64,000 nucleotides of DNA, from the NCBI GenBank assembly GCA_964543035.1, contig CAZIVL010000001.1:367736-431735 (forward strand), in the 5' to 3' direction. Shown here one piece after another: positions 46,126 through 54,616 of the stretch (positions are counted from its first letter, which is position 1; every line of letters starts with the position of its first letter). The translations under genes were made by a program, and so were the position numbers. This DNA is from an uncultured Gammaproteobacteria bacterium (GTDB lineage: Bacteria; Patescibacteriota; Microgenomatia; CAZETR01; Amesbacteraceae). The notes under the pieces were generated by a model. The model saw only the letters and a list, made by a program, of their open reading frames with translations. It was not told the origin of the DNA and ran no database searches.

Positions 46126-47583
46126 ATGTACAAAATTTTTACCACCATCTTTATATTCTTTTTTTTCAGTTATGTCCCAGCATTAGCTGTTGTTGATCCA
46201 CTGGCCGTTCCCAACAACAAGTATGGGGTCCATATCTTAGAGCCCGGGGAGATTACAGCCGCGGCCAAGCTGGTCAATTCGTCCGGCGGGGACTGGGGCT
46301 ATGTGACGATCCCGATTAGAAGTAACGACCGGGACAAAGAAAAATGGCGTGAATTTTTCAAAAATGCTGCCAACCATCACATTATCCCCATCCTTCGCAT
46401 CACCACCTTTCCTGACAAATCTTCTTGGACGGCCCCAACTGCCGGCGATCTAGTCGACTTTGCCAACTTCTTAGACGAGCTGCCCTGGCCCACCAAAAAC
46501 CGCTACATAATTATTTTCAACGAGCCCAATCATTCCCAAGAGTGGGGCGGATATCTCTCGCCACTAGAGTATGCCAATCTCTTGACCGAAAGCAGCCGCA
46601 TATTCAAAAGCCGTAGCGAGGACTTCTTTCTCATTTCAGCCGGACTGGATATGTCCGCCCCCCAGACCAAGACTTCGCTGGATGCTCTCTATTATATTCG
46701 CGAGCTCAATCGCTTGAGACCCGGGTGGTTCAACTCAGTCGACGGTCTCTCCTTTCACGCCTATCCCAATCCGGCTTTTTCTGCCTCTCCTTTATCCAAG
46801 ACCAGATATGGTCCCAAGAGTTACACCTACGAGCTAGATCTTCTTTACAAAGCCGGTCTTGAAAAGGACAAACCCATTTTTATTACCGAAACTGGGACCA
46901 TCCTCCAAAATGATTTTTACAAAACAGCCTTTACAACTGTTTGGACAGAATCAAACATTGTCGCCATCACCCCATTTTTGCTTTTTGCCGGTTCTCCCGA
47001 TTTTGAAAAGTTTTCTCTCCTGGACAAAAATCATCAGCCCAAAGACACTTACAAGCAGATAATGGCCCTTCCAAAGTCAGTGGGAAGTCCACTACTAGCC
47101 ATCATCGAGCCCACAAGTGTTTCCGCACAATCCTCGTCCAGTGTCATCCTGAGCGTAGCGAAGGATCCAGTACAAAATTTTATTGAAGCTTTAAAAAAAT
47201 TCTTTTCTATATTTAAGTCATCTCGCACCCTTTCAATCGGTGATGACTCGCTTGAGGTAGAAATCAGAGACACTCCCAAAGAAAGGGCTCAAGGCTTATC
47301 AGGTAGACCTCCTCTGGCTCCAGGCCACGGTATGCTATTTATTTTTGCTGGCCCCGGTATTCAACCATTTTGGATGAAAGACATGAAATTTGCTCTGGAC
47401 TTTGTCTGGATCAGGGGCGGTGTCGTAGTCGAGCTGACAGAAGATGTGCCACCACCCACCAAAGAAAATCCCATCCCCCAAGTGATTATTCCCAAAGAGC
47501 CAGTGGATCAAGTACTAGAGGTCGCGGCGGGGACCATTGAGAGTCTGGGTCTGCGACTCGGCGACTACGTCACCTTGAACTAG
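46126..47583 (+). CDS. secreted protein: glycoside-hydrolase-like TIM-barrel-like domain fused to C-terminal DUF192 domain
   Basis: Signal peptide; 'IIFNEPN' acid/base-like motif; C-terminal 'GLSGRPPLAPGHGMLFIF...FWMKDMKFALDFVW' DUF192 signature. Confidence 0.5.
   Translation: MYKIFTTIFIFFFFSYVPALAVVDPLAVPNNKYGVHILEPGEITAAAKLVNSSGGDWGYVTIPIRSNDRDKEKWREFFKNAANHHIIPILRITTFPDKSSWTAPTAGDLVDFANFLDELPWPTKNRYIIIFNEPNHSQEWGGYLSPLEYANLLTESSRIFKSRSEDFFLISAGLDMSAPQTKTSLDALYYIRELNRLRPGWFNSVDGLSFHAYPNPAFSASPLSKTRYGPKSYTYELDLLYKAGLEKDKPIFITETGTILQNDFYKTAFTTVWTESNIVAITPFLLFAGSPDFEKFSLLDKNHQPKDTYKQIMALPKSVGSPLLAIIEPTSVSAQSSSSVILSVAKDPVQNFIEALKKFFSIFKSSRTLSIGDDSLEVEIRDTPKERAQGLSGRPPLAPGHGMLFIFAGPGIQPFWMKDMKFALDFVWIRGGVVVELTEDVPPPTKENPIPQVIIPKEPVDQVLEVAAGTIESLGLRLGDYVTLN
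47143..47170. repeat. hairpin repeat family member R3 (GTC-ATCCT-GAGCGTAGCGA-AGGAT-CCAG), read through in frame
   Basis: Identical core to the R4/R5 members; lies in the linker between the two domains and encodes 'VILSVAKDPV'. Confidence 0.65.
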
Positions 47584-47692
47584 CTTTATTATCGCCCTAA
47601 TTACTTTTACCAGCACGTCCACTCTGTGTCTTAACGTCTCGATCTCGCGTAAGATCAATGTTTCTGGGGTCACAAGTTTATAATAGCACTGC

Positions 47693-48343
47693 ATGCAAAT
47701 AATTCACGGAGATAATCAGATCGCTTCCAGACAACTTTTTTTATCAAAAAAAGTCGAAGCTCAAAAAAAAGGTTTAAATATTGTTGACCTGGCAGGAGCA
47801 GACCTCACATTGCAAGATCTAAAAAATTCTCTCTCATCAACTACACTTCTAGGCGAGTCCAATGCGGTTTTTGTCGAAGGCTTTTTTGGCAGGCGCCCCA
47901 GCAATGAAAAAAAAGCCATTGCAGAGTTCATCAAATCCGATCCAAATACTCCGGTTATTTTTTGGGACGGCAAAGACATTTCCTCCCAACTGCTCTCTAT
48001 TCACCAATCGCTAATCACTAAACAGGATCTTCCCAAGCATCTATTTACTTTTATAGACAACTGGCAGCTTACTCTATATCACCAAGCCCTCAAATCTACA
48101 GATCCAGAGCCTATCATGGCTCTTTTGGCCAAGCGCATTCACGATCTAATTTTAGTCAAAGAAGGTCGTGGAAAATTTCCCAGCTGGCAAGCCTCAAAAC
48201 TAGAATTTCAAGCAAAAAAATACAGCCTCTCACAACTCACTACTTACAACCAACAACTTCTCGATATTGATTACAAAAACAAATCCGGAGATCTCCCTTA
48301 TGACCTGGCGGCAGCACTGGAGTTGTGGCTTCTAAAAATGTAA
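47693..48343 (+). CDS. hypothetical protein, possibly a short DNA polymerase III delta subunit (HolA)-like protein
   Basis: Weak N-terminal resemblance to HolA clamp-loader delta. Confidence 0.3.
   Translation: MQIIHGDNQIASRQLFLSKKVEAQKKGLNIVDLAGADLTLQDLKNSLSSTTLLGESNAVFVEGFFGRRPSNEKKAIAEFIKSDPNTPVIFWDGKDISSQLLSIHQSLITKQDLPKHLFTFIDNWQLTLYHQALKSTDPEPIMALLAKRIHDLILVKEGRGKFPSWQASKLEFQAKKYSLSQLTTYNQQLLDIDYKNKSGDLPYDLAAALELWLLKM
48225..48259. repeat. 7-bp-period tandem array, ACAACNN family (ACAACTC ACTACTT ACAACCA ACAACTT)
   Basis: Shares the exact 16-mer 'CTTACAACCAACAACT' with the dnaE and gatA arrays but is read in another codon phase ('LTTYNQQLL'). Confidence 0.7.
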
Positions 48344-48353
48344 ACTGGTCTCA

Positions 48354-50726
48354 ATGCCCAAACTCTTTGGTACTTCTGGTATCCGCGGGTCCTCCGAAGG
48401 ATTTTTTACAAATCAGTTTTGTCAGACTCTGGGAGAGGCATTTGGCAACTGGCTCAAGTCAAAAAATCGCGAAGGAGACGTGGCGATAGCGTATGACCCC
48501 AGAGACAGCAGTCCCAGGATCAAAGACGAATTTCTCAAAGGACTAGCGAGCACTGGCTACGAGATTTTAGACGAGGGCGTGATTCCCACTCCTGCATTGG
48601 CATATTTTGTAAACAAAAATCCCCATCTAGCAGGCGGGGTCATGATCACCGGTTCTCATATCACCTCAGATCTCAATGGTATCAAATTCTTTTTAGGTAG
48701 CGGCGAAATCCAAAAAACCCACGAAGTCGAAATCGAGAAAATAATCTCGTCTATTCCAATCACAAATCACCAATCACAAACAACCAACATCAAAGTTGAT
48801 TCCGCAGCTCGTGACTTATATCTCGATATGTTGGTGGGTCTTGCCAGTCTTCCCTACCCTGAGTGGACAGTCGCAGTAGATACAGCCAATGGTGCCCAGT
48901 CTGAGATCATCCGCCCGCTTTTTGAGAGACTCAGTCTCACGCTTGTGACGACCGGTGATTGTGACATCCAATCTCCTTATTTCGTTCCTCGTGATACCGA
49001 GGTTCAGACATCGACCGCTGACCTGCAAAAGCACGTTATCTCAAACAAAGCTGATTTAGGAGTAGCCTTCGATGCCGACGGCGACCGAGTAGTATTCATT
49101 GATCCTAAAGGCCAGTTTGTCCCGGGTGACTACTCATGCACACTGCTTGCTCGGGAGGATGATTCAGAAAAAATAGTTACCACAGTTAGTACGAGCTCGG
49201 TCGTGGATAGCATAGGCAAGCACATATTTCGCACTCCGGTGGGATCTCCATTTGTGACAGCCAAGATGCAAGAAGTCGGAGCCACTTTTGGCTTTGAGCC
49301 CAATGGTGGCAGTATCAGCTCAGATCTTCACTACAGTCGCGATGGGGGATCGACTTTTATTAAGCTTCTCAATCTCCTAAAAAAATCTGGCAAAAGCCTG
49401 GACGAACTGGTCTCCACCTTGCCCCACTACGCGATGTACAAAGACAAAATAGATTGCCCGGTCAACAAATATCAGCAGATTTACGATACTGTCTCGGAAA
49501 AATATTCAGATCACGAGCAAGACAAAACCGATGGCCTAAAGGTGTTTCTAAACAGTACAGACTGGCTGCTTTTCCGCGGATCTGGCAACGCTCCCGAGTT
49601 TAGAGTGATAGTCCAAGCTCACGCCGAAGCTACAGCCCGCGACCTCGCCCTCAAATCCCTAAAGCTCATAAAAAGCATAATCAATCCTAATAATGAAATA
49701 CAAAATACTAGATACAAGATACAAGATACATTAAATGTCCTGAGCTCCATCCGCCTCTTCCCCGACCAATGCGCTCAAGTCCTCTCAGATCAAGGGATTT
49801 TTCGGATCCCCAACATGTGTAGTCTGGTGGATAACATCGTAGTCTCTGGCATGGGCGGATCTGCCTTGGGTGGACGCATAATTGACGCTCTATCACGAAG
49901 GATTCTCAAAGTCCCTCTCTCCATCTCTACTCAATACAATTTGCCAAATTTTGTAAACTCAAAGTCACTGGTCATCATCTCGTCCTACTCAGGTGACACC
50001 CAGGAAACGGTCGAAAGTTTTCATGAAGCCAAAGCAAAAAATGCCCAGATTTTTGTCATTGCCACGGGGGGACAGCTGGCAAAGCTAGCAGCAGAATTCA
50101 ACGTCCCGATATATTTAGTAGATCCCATCCACAACCCCAGTGGTCAGCCGCGCCTAGGCTTAGGTTACAGCGTCATGTCCATGCTAGCTGTCCTCAACCG
50201 CTGTGGCCACATCAGAATTCCCCACAGTATCGACACTCTCCCCAGCTATCTAAAAGAGCACCAAGACGAAAGTCGGTTCGAAGCAGTTGCCCAAAAACTG
50301 AGTGGCAAGATCCCAATCTTGATATCCGGAGAGCATCTAGTAGGTAGTAGTCATGCCATAAAAAACATGTTCAACGAAAACAGCAAAACTTTTTGCGCAA
50401 GTTTCGACCTGCCTGAGGCCAATCATCATCTTCTAGAGGGCTTGCAATTTCCCAAGACCAATACAGACAATCTGGTGGCTGTCTTTGTAGGCTCACCTTA
50501 TTACAATCCTGAGCTAGGAAAGACCATCCTTGCCACAAAATCCGTGTTTGAAAAAAATCATATTCCAGTTGTAAATCTTGAGTTTGATTCTCCCAATCCT
50601 CTGACCGAAAGTCTGGAGTATCTCCAGGCAGGAGCTTTTATTTCATATTTCTTAGCTAGCCTCAATGGCGTTGACCCGGGCCCCATTCCCTATGTACACT
50701 GGTACAAGGATCAAATTAGTTTATGA
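48354..50726 (+). CDS. phosphomannomutase/phosphoglucomutase fused to phosphoglucose/phosphomannose isomerase (SIS domain)
   Basis: N-terminal 'FGTSGIRG' and 'TGSHITSD' PMM/PGM motifs over about 440 aa; C-terminal roughly 300 aa with a 'VVSGMGGSALGGRI' SIS/PGI-PMI motif. Confidence 0.6.
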   Translation: MPKLFGTSGIRGSSEGFFTNQFCQTLGEAFGNWLKSKNREGDVAIAYDPRDSSPRIKDEFLKGLASTGYEILDEGVIPTPALAYFVNKNPHLAGGVMITGSHITSDLNGIKFFLGSGEIQKTHEVEIEKIISSIPITNHQSQTTNIKVDSAARDLYLDMLVGLASLPYPEWTVAVDTANGAQSEIIRPLFERLSLTLVTTGDCDIQSPYFVPRDTEVQTSTADLQKHVISNKADLGVAFDADGDRVVFIDPKGQFVPGDYSCTLLAREDDSEKIVTTVSTSSVVDSIGKHIFRTPVGSPFVTAKMQEVGATFGFEPNGGSISSDLHYSRDGGSTFIKLLNLLKKSGKSLDELVSTLPHYAMYKDKIDCPVNKYQQIYDTVSEKYSDHEQDKTDGLKVFLNSTDWLLFRGSGNAPEFRVIVQAHAEATARDLALKSLKLIKSIINPNNEIQNTRYKIQDTLNVLSSIRLFPDQCAQVLSDQGIFRIPNMCSLVDNIVVSGMGGSALGGRIIDALSRRILKVPLSISTQYNLPNFVNSKSLVIISSYSGDTQETVESFHEAKAKNAQIFVIATGGQLAKLAAEFNVPIYLVDPIHNPSGQPRLGLGYSVMSMLAVLNRCGHIRIPHSIDTLPSYLKEHQDESRFEAVAQKLSGKIPILISGEHLVGSSHAIKNMFNENSKTFCASFDLPEANHHLLEGLQFPKTNTDNLVAVFVGSPYYNPELGKTILATKSVFEKNHIPVVNLEFDSPNPLTESLEYLQAGAFISYFLASLNGVDPGPIPYVHWYKDQISL
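48758..48792. repeat. 7-bp-period tandem array (AATCACA AATCACC AATCACA AACAACC AACATCA)
   Basis: In frame in the PMM domain; encodes 'ITNHQSQTTNI'. Confidence 0.65.
49698..49732. repeat. 7-bp-period tandem array, ATACNNN family, 5 units (ATACAAA ATACTAG ATACAAG ATACAAG ATACATT)
   Basis: At the PMM/PGI domain junction; encodes 'EIQNTRYKIQDT'. Confidence 0.75.
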
Positions 50727-53002
50727 AGTACGTAAAGTGGTTCAAAGAATTAAGTCGTGAGGATATTCCTATTGCCGGAGGCAAAGGAGCAAATCTGGGT
50801 GAGCTCACAGGCGCCGGTGTTCCAGTGCCCGATGGCTTTGTAGTTCTTTCAAATGCCTACTTTGATTTTCTCGATTACAACAAATTGCGTTTAGAGATCC
50901 ACAAGATTCTCAAGTCGCGTGATGCCGCCGATCCCGCCCAGCTAAAAACCGCTTCAGAGCAAATCCAAAAGCTTCTCAAAAAAGCCGAGATTCCCCCCGA
51001 GATAGCGCGCGAAGTCTTTGAGTCGTATCACAAATTGGGTAGCAAGACCCCAGTCGCTGTTCGCTCTTCTGCCACCGCAGAAGACTTGCCCGAGGCTTCA
51101 TTTGCCGGCCAGCAGGAGTCTTACCTAAATATCTTGGGAGACGCCAATGTGCTCCTCAAGGTCAAAGAATGCTGGATGTCTCTGTTTGGTCAAAGAAGTA
51201 TTTTTTACCGTGAGCAAAAACACTTTGATCATTTCAAGGTGGGTATCGCAGTCCCTGTCCAGACCATGGTCCAATCCGAAGTATCAGGCGTCATGTTTAC
51301 CACCGATCCGATTTCCCAAGACAAAAACAAAGTCGTAATTGAGGCCATCTATGGATTGGGTGACTATATCGTCCAAGGCGTCGTGACTCCTGACCATTAC
51401 GAAGTATCAAAAGCTGGTGAGAGTATTATCCAAAAACAGATTGCCCTCCAAGAAGTCGCCGAAGTCAGGACCACCCAGGGCGTAAAAGAGATAAAAATTC
51501 CTAAAAAAGAGGGTGAAAAACAAAAGATCTCCGATGCAAACATTGTTAAGTTGGCCCAAATTGGCAAAAAGATTCATCAGCATTATCTATTTCCCCAAGA
51601 CATCGAGTGGGCATATGCCAAAAACAAGCTCTATATCACCCAAGCCCGCCCCATCACCACACTATCCTCATCCTCACAAACTATCACACAACCCACTACT
51701 CACAATTTAACCGCGATACTCACAGGTGCCCCCGCTTCTCCCGGTCTCATCTCAGGCCCAGTAAAAATAATTGCCAATATAAAAAATATTGACCGCATCA
51801 AAGCCGGCGACATCATGGTTACCGATATGACCACCCCGGATTTTGTGCCAGCTATGAAAAGAGCTGGCGCCATCATTACCAATCGCGGTGGCCTGACTTC
51901 TCATGCGGCCATAGTTTCCCGTGAGCTCGGTGTTCCTTGCGTCGTAGGTACAAAAGATGCCACCCAAAAGCTAGTCGATGGCATGGTGGTAACTGTTGAT
52001 GGTGCCAAAGGCGAAATCTACAAAGGCGCAGTTTCAAGGCAATCCAAAAAGCTTTCCATGACTGAGAAACTGGAAAACTTGGCATCTGAAAAACTTCACA
52101 CTGCCACTAAGTTGTATGTCAATTTGGCCGAACCAGATCTTGCCAAAAAGATCTCCGCACACCACATCGATGGCGTAGGCCTGCTTCGGGCCGAGTTTAT
52201 GATCGCAGGCATTGGCGTCCACCCCAAAAAATTATTAGCAGAAGGAAAAGGCGAACAATTTATTTCCAAGCTCACAGAGCAGATAGCCACTTTTTGTGAA
52301 AGTTTTTCCCCGAGACCCGTCATTTACAGAGCCACCGATTTCAAGACCAATGAATATCGAGCCTTGAAGGGCGGAGAAGCCTACGAGCCAGAGGAATCAA
52401 ACCCAATGCTAGGTTTCAGAGGCGCCATCAGATACATCAAGAGTCCAGAGGTTTTTGCCCTGGAACTAGAAGCGATTAAGCGCGTAAGAAACAAACACAA
52501 TCTCAAAAATCTTTGGCTCATGATCCCATTTGTCTCGACGGTTTCAGAGCTTGTTGAGGTAAAAAAGATTGTCGCCGCCAGTGGTCTATATAGGAGTAGT
52601 AATTTCAAGCTCTTTATGATGGTCGAGATACCCTCAAACGTGATTCTGTTGGACGACTTTTTGGATGTGGGTATCGATGGTGTATCTATTGGCAGCAACG
52701 ATCTGACAATGTTAATCTTGGGTACAGATCGTGACAATTCTGAGGTCGCCTCGCAGTTTGACGAGAGAAACCCCGCCGTCATGTGGGCTCTCGAAAAGAC
52801 TGTCAGGACTTGTGCCAAAAGAGGTGTCATGTGCGGCATCTGCGGCCAAGCTCCTAGTGAGTATCCAGAGTTAGTCGAAAAATTGGTTGAGTGGGGAGTG
52901 ACCAGTATTTCAGTCAATCCCGATGCCATCGGTCGCACTCGCCAGATCATATTCAATGCTGAACATAGTCTTATTACTAAGAAATCTAAATCGTCATCCT
53001 GA
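50723..53002 (+). CDS. ppsA: phosphoenolpyruvate synthase (pyruvate, water dikinase)
   Basis: 'IAGGKGANLGEL' ATP-grasp N-terminus, 'GGLTSHAAIVSRELGVPCVVG' phospho-His domain and PEP-utilising C-terminus. Confidence 0.85.
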   Translation: MKYVKWFKELSREDIPIAGGKGANLGELTGAGVPVPDGFVVLSNAYFDFLDYNKLRLEIHKILKSRDAADPAQLKTASEQIQKLLKKAEIPPEIAREVFESYHKLGSKTPVAVRSSATAEDLPEASFAGQQESYLNILGDANVLLKVKECWMSLFGQRSIFYREQKHFDHFKVGIAVPVQTMVQSEVSGVMFTTDPISQDKNKVVIEAIYGLGDYIVQGVVTPDHYEVSKAGESIIQKQIALQEVAEVRTTQGVKEIKIPKKEGEKQKISDANIVKLAQIGKKIHQHYLFPQDIEWAYAKNKLYITQARPITTLSSSSQTITQPTTHNLTAILTGAPASPGLISGPVKIIANIKNIDRIKAGDIMVTDMTTPDFVPAMKRAGAIITNRGGLTSHAAIVSRELGVPCVVGTKDATQKLVDGMVVTVDGAKGEIYKGAVSRQSKKLSMTEKLENLASEKLHTATKLYVNLAEPDLAKKISAHHIDGVGLLRAEFMIAGIGVHPKKLLAEGKGEQFISKLTEQIATFCESFSPRPVIYRATDFKTNEYRALKGGEAYEPEESNPMLGFRGAIRYIKSPEVFALELEAIKRVRNKHNLKNLWLMIPFVSTVSELVEVKKIVAASGLYRSSNFKLFMMVEIPSNVILLDDFLDVGIDGVSIGSNDLTMLILGTDRDNSEVASQFDERNPAVMWALEKTVRTCAKRGVMCGICGQAPSEYPELVEKLVEWGVTSISVNPDAIGRTRQIIFNAEHSLITKKSKSSS
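51672..51710. repeat. degenerate 7-bp-period array, ACAACNN family (…ACAACCC ACTACTC ACAATTT)
   Basis: In the ppsA inter-domain linker; encodes 'QTITQPTTHNLTA'. Confidence 0.5.
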
Positions 53003-53055
53003 GGCGCACCGAAGGATCCAGGTTTCTCTGGATTCTTCACTACGTTCGGAATGAC
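52993..53055. repeat. hairpin repeat family member R4 (GTCATCCTGAGGCGCACCGAAGGATCCAG… ending …GGAATGAC)
   Basis: Contains the ppsA stop codon TGA; inner ATCCT/AGGAT stem, a second GGATCCAG/CTGGATTC stem, and imperfect terminal inverted repeats. Confidence 0.65.
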
Positions 53056-53071
53056 AATATAGACTATACAT

Positions 53072-54340
53072 ATGAAATTAAAGCAGCTTTACGCCAGAGA
53101 AATCATTGATTCCCGTTCGACTCCGACCGTAGAAGTCGTGGCTATACTGGATACAGGTGAGTTTGGCGTCGCCTCAGTGCCATCTGGCAGTTCCACCGGC
53201 AGTTACGAAGCCTTAGAGCTCCGAGACAATGACCCAAACAGATATTTAGGCAAAGGAGTCCTCAAATCAGTAGGTTTTGTAAACACAGACATAGCCCAAG
53301 CTCTAGTCGGAAAAGATTTTGAAAGTATCGGACAGTTGGACGATATTTTGATCAAACTAGATGGTACTCCCACCAAGTCTCGTCTAGGGGCAAATTCGAT
53401 CCTGGGTGTCTCCATGGCCGCGACCAAAGCCGCCGCCACCGCCGCCAAGTTACCTCTATATAAATATATTTCCCAACTCACAACCCAAAACCCACAACCT
53501 ACGACTAATTTATTCGTCCCCGTCCCCATTTTCAACATGATAAACGGCGGCAAGCATGGTGCTGGCAATTTGGATTTTCAGGAGTTCCATGTCATCCCCA
53601 GCCGGCTCAAATCATTTGCGTCCATGCTCGAAGTAGGCTGTGAGATATATCAGACTATAAAAAAACTTTTGGCCAGACGGGGTGCTATTCATAGCGTAGG
53701 TGACGAAGGTGGCTTTGCTCCCAATCTTTTTACTAATCTGGATGCTCTAGAGATTCTCAATGAATCTATTATGGAATGTCACAAAAAACCCACCATCGAT
53801 GTAGAGCTGGGCTTGGATATTGCGGCCAATAGTTTTTTCAAAGATGGCAAGTACATCATCAAAGATCGCAGTAGTCCCATGGACACGGCCGAATTTGTAG
53901 ATTATCTCAGAGATCTAAATAGCCAGTACCACTTGAGACTTCTCGAAGACCCCTTGCACGAAGATGATTGGAAAGGCTGGAGTCAGCTCACGAGTACTTT
54001 AGGCAGTGTGACGACTATTGTAGGCGACGATCTAATCGCAACCAACAAAGACAAAGTAAAAAAGGCTATCACCGAAAAAGCCTGTACCGGGGCCATTATC
54101 AAACCAAATCAGATCGGAACCGTCACCGAAACGATCGAAGTCGTAACCCAGGCGCGTACTGCCGGCTGGAAGATAGTCGTGTCCCATAGATCAGGTGAGA
54201 CCAACGACACATTTATCGCCGATTTTGCAGTCGGAGTCGGAGCCGATTATGCCAAGTTCGGCGCTCCCGCCCGCGGCGAACGTGTGGCCAAGTACAACAG
54301 GCTACTATCTATAGAATCTGAATTGTCTCAGCACCCTTAA
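53072..54340 (+). CDS. eno: enolase (phosphopyruvate hydratase)
   Basis: 'YAREIIDSRSTPTVEV' N-terminus, 'SHRSGETNDTFIADFAV' and C-terminal enolase signatures. Confidence 0.9.
   Translation: MKLKQLYAREIIDSRSTPTVEVVAILDTGEFGVASVPSGSSTGSYEALELRDNDPNRYLGKGVLKSVGFVNTDIAQALVGKDFESIGQLDDILIKLDGTPTKSRLGANSILGVSMAATKAAATAAKLPLYKYISQLTTQNPQPTTNLFVPVPIFNMINGGKHGAGNLDFQEFHVIPSRLKSFASMLEVGCEIYQTIKKLLARRGAIHSVGDEGGFAPNLFTNLDALEILNESIMECHKKPTIDVELGLDIAANSFFKDGKYIIKDRSSPMDTAEFVDYLRDLNSQYHLRLLEDPLHEDDWKGWSQLTSTLGSVTTIVGDDLIATNKDKVKKAITEKACTGAIIKPNQIGTVTETIEVVTQARTAGWKIVVSHRSGETNDTFIADFAVGVGADYAKFGAPARGERVAKYNRLLSIESELSQHP
53473..53507. repeat. 7-bp-period tandem array, ACAACNN family (…ACAACCC AAAACCC ACAACCT ACGACTA)
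   Basis: In frame in eno between 'LYKYIS' and 'VPVPIFNMINGG'; encodes 'QLTTQNPQPTTNL'. Confidence 0.7.
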
Positions 54341-54553
54341 CACCACACAAACAAACTTCTAAAAAATCGTCGTAGGCAGCTTCGCAACACACCAACTGCG
54401 ACTGAAAAAATTTTGTGGAAAGAATTACGAAACAATAAATTAGGGGTAAAATTCACAAGACAATATAGTATTGACGGCTATGTGCTTGATTTTTATTGTC
54501 AGAGCAAACGAAGAAGTGATAACCGATCTAGTGGAAACATTAAATATCATTAG
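54341..54553 (+). pseudogene. DUF559 (Vsr-like endonuclease domain) gene remnant, no start codon and truncated C-terminus
   Basis: Frame encodes 'KNRRRQLRNTPTATEKILWKELRNNKLGVKFTRQYSIDGYVLDFYC', the DUF559 N-terminal half. It opens right after the eno stop, has no Met, and diverges before the catalytic region. Confidence 0.5.
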
Positions 54554-54560
54554 AAACGAG

Positions 54561-54585
54561 ATCCCCTCTTAGAGTAAGAGGGGAT
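54561..54585. repeat. perfect 10-bp stem hairpin (ATCCCCTCTT-agagt-AAGAGGGGAT)
   Basis: Direct reading; immediately follows the DUF559 remnant; no U-run after it. Confidence 0.6.
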
Positions 54586-54616
54586 TATAGGGGTGTTATT
54601 GATGTAAACTATATTC

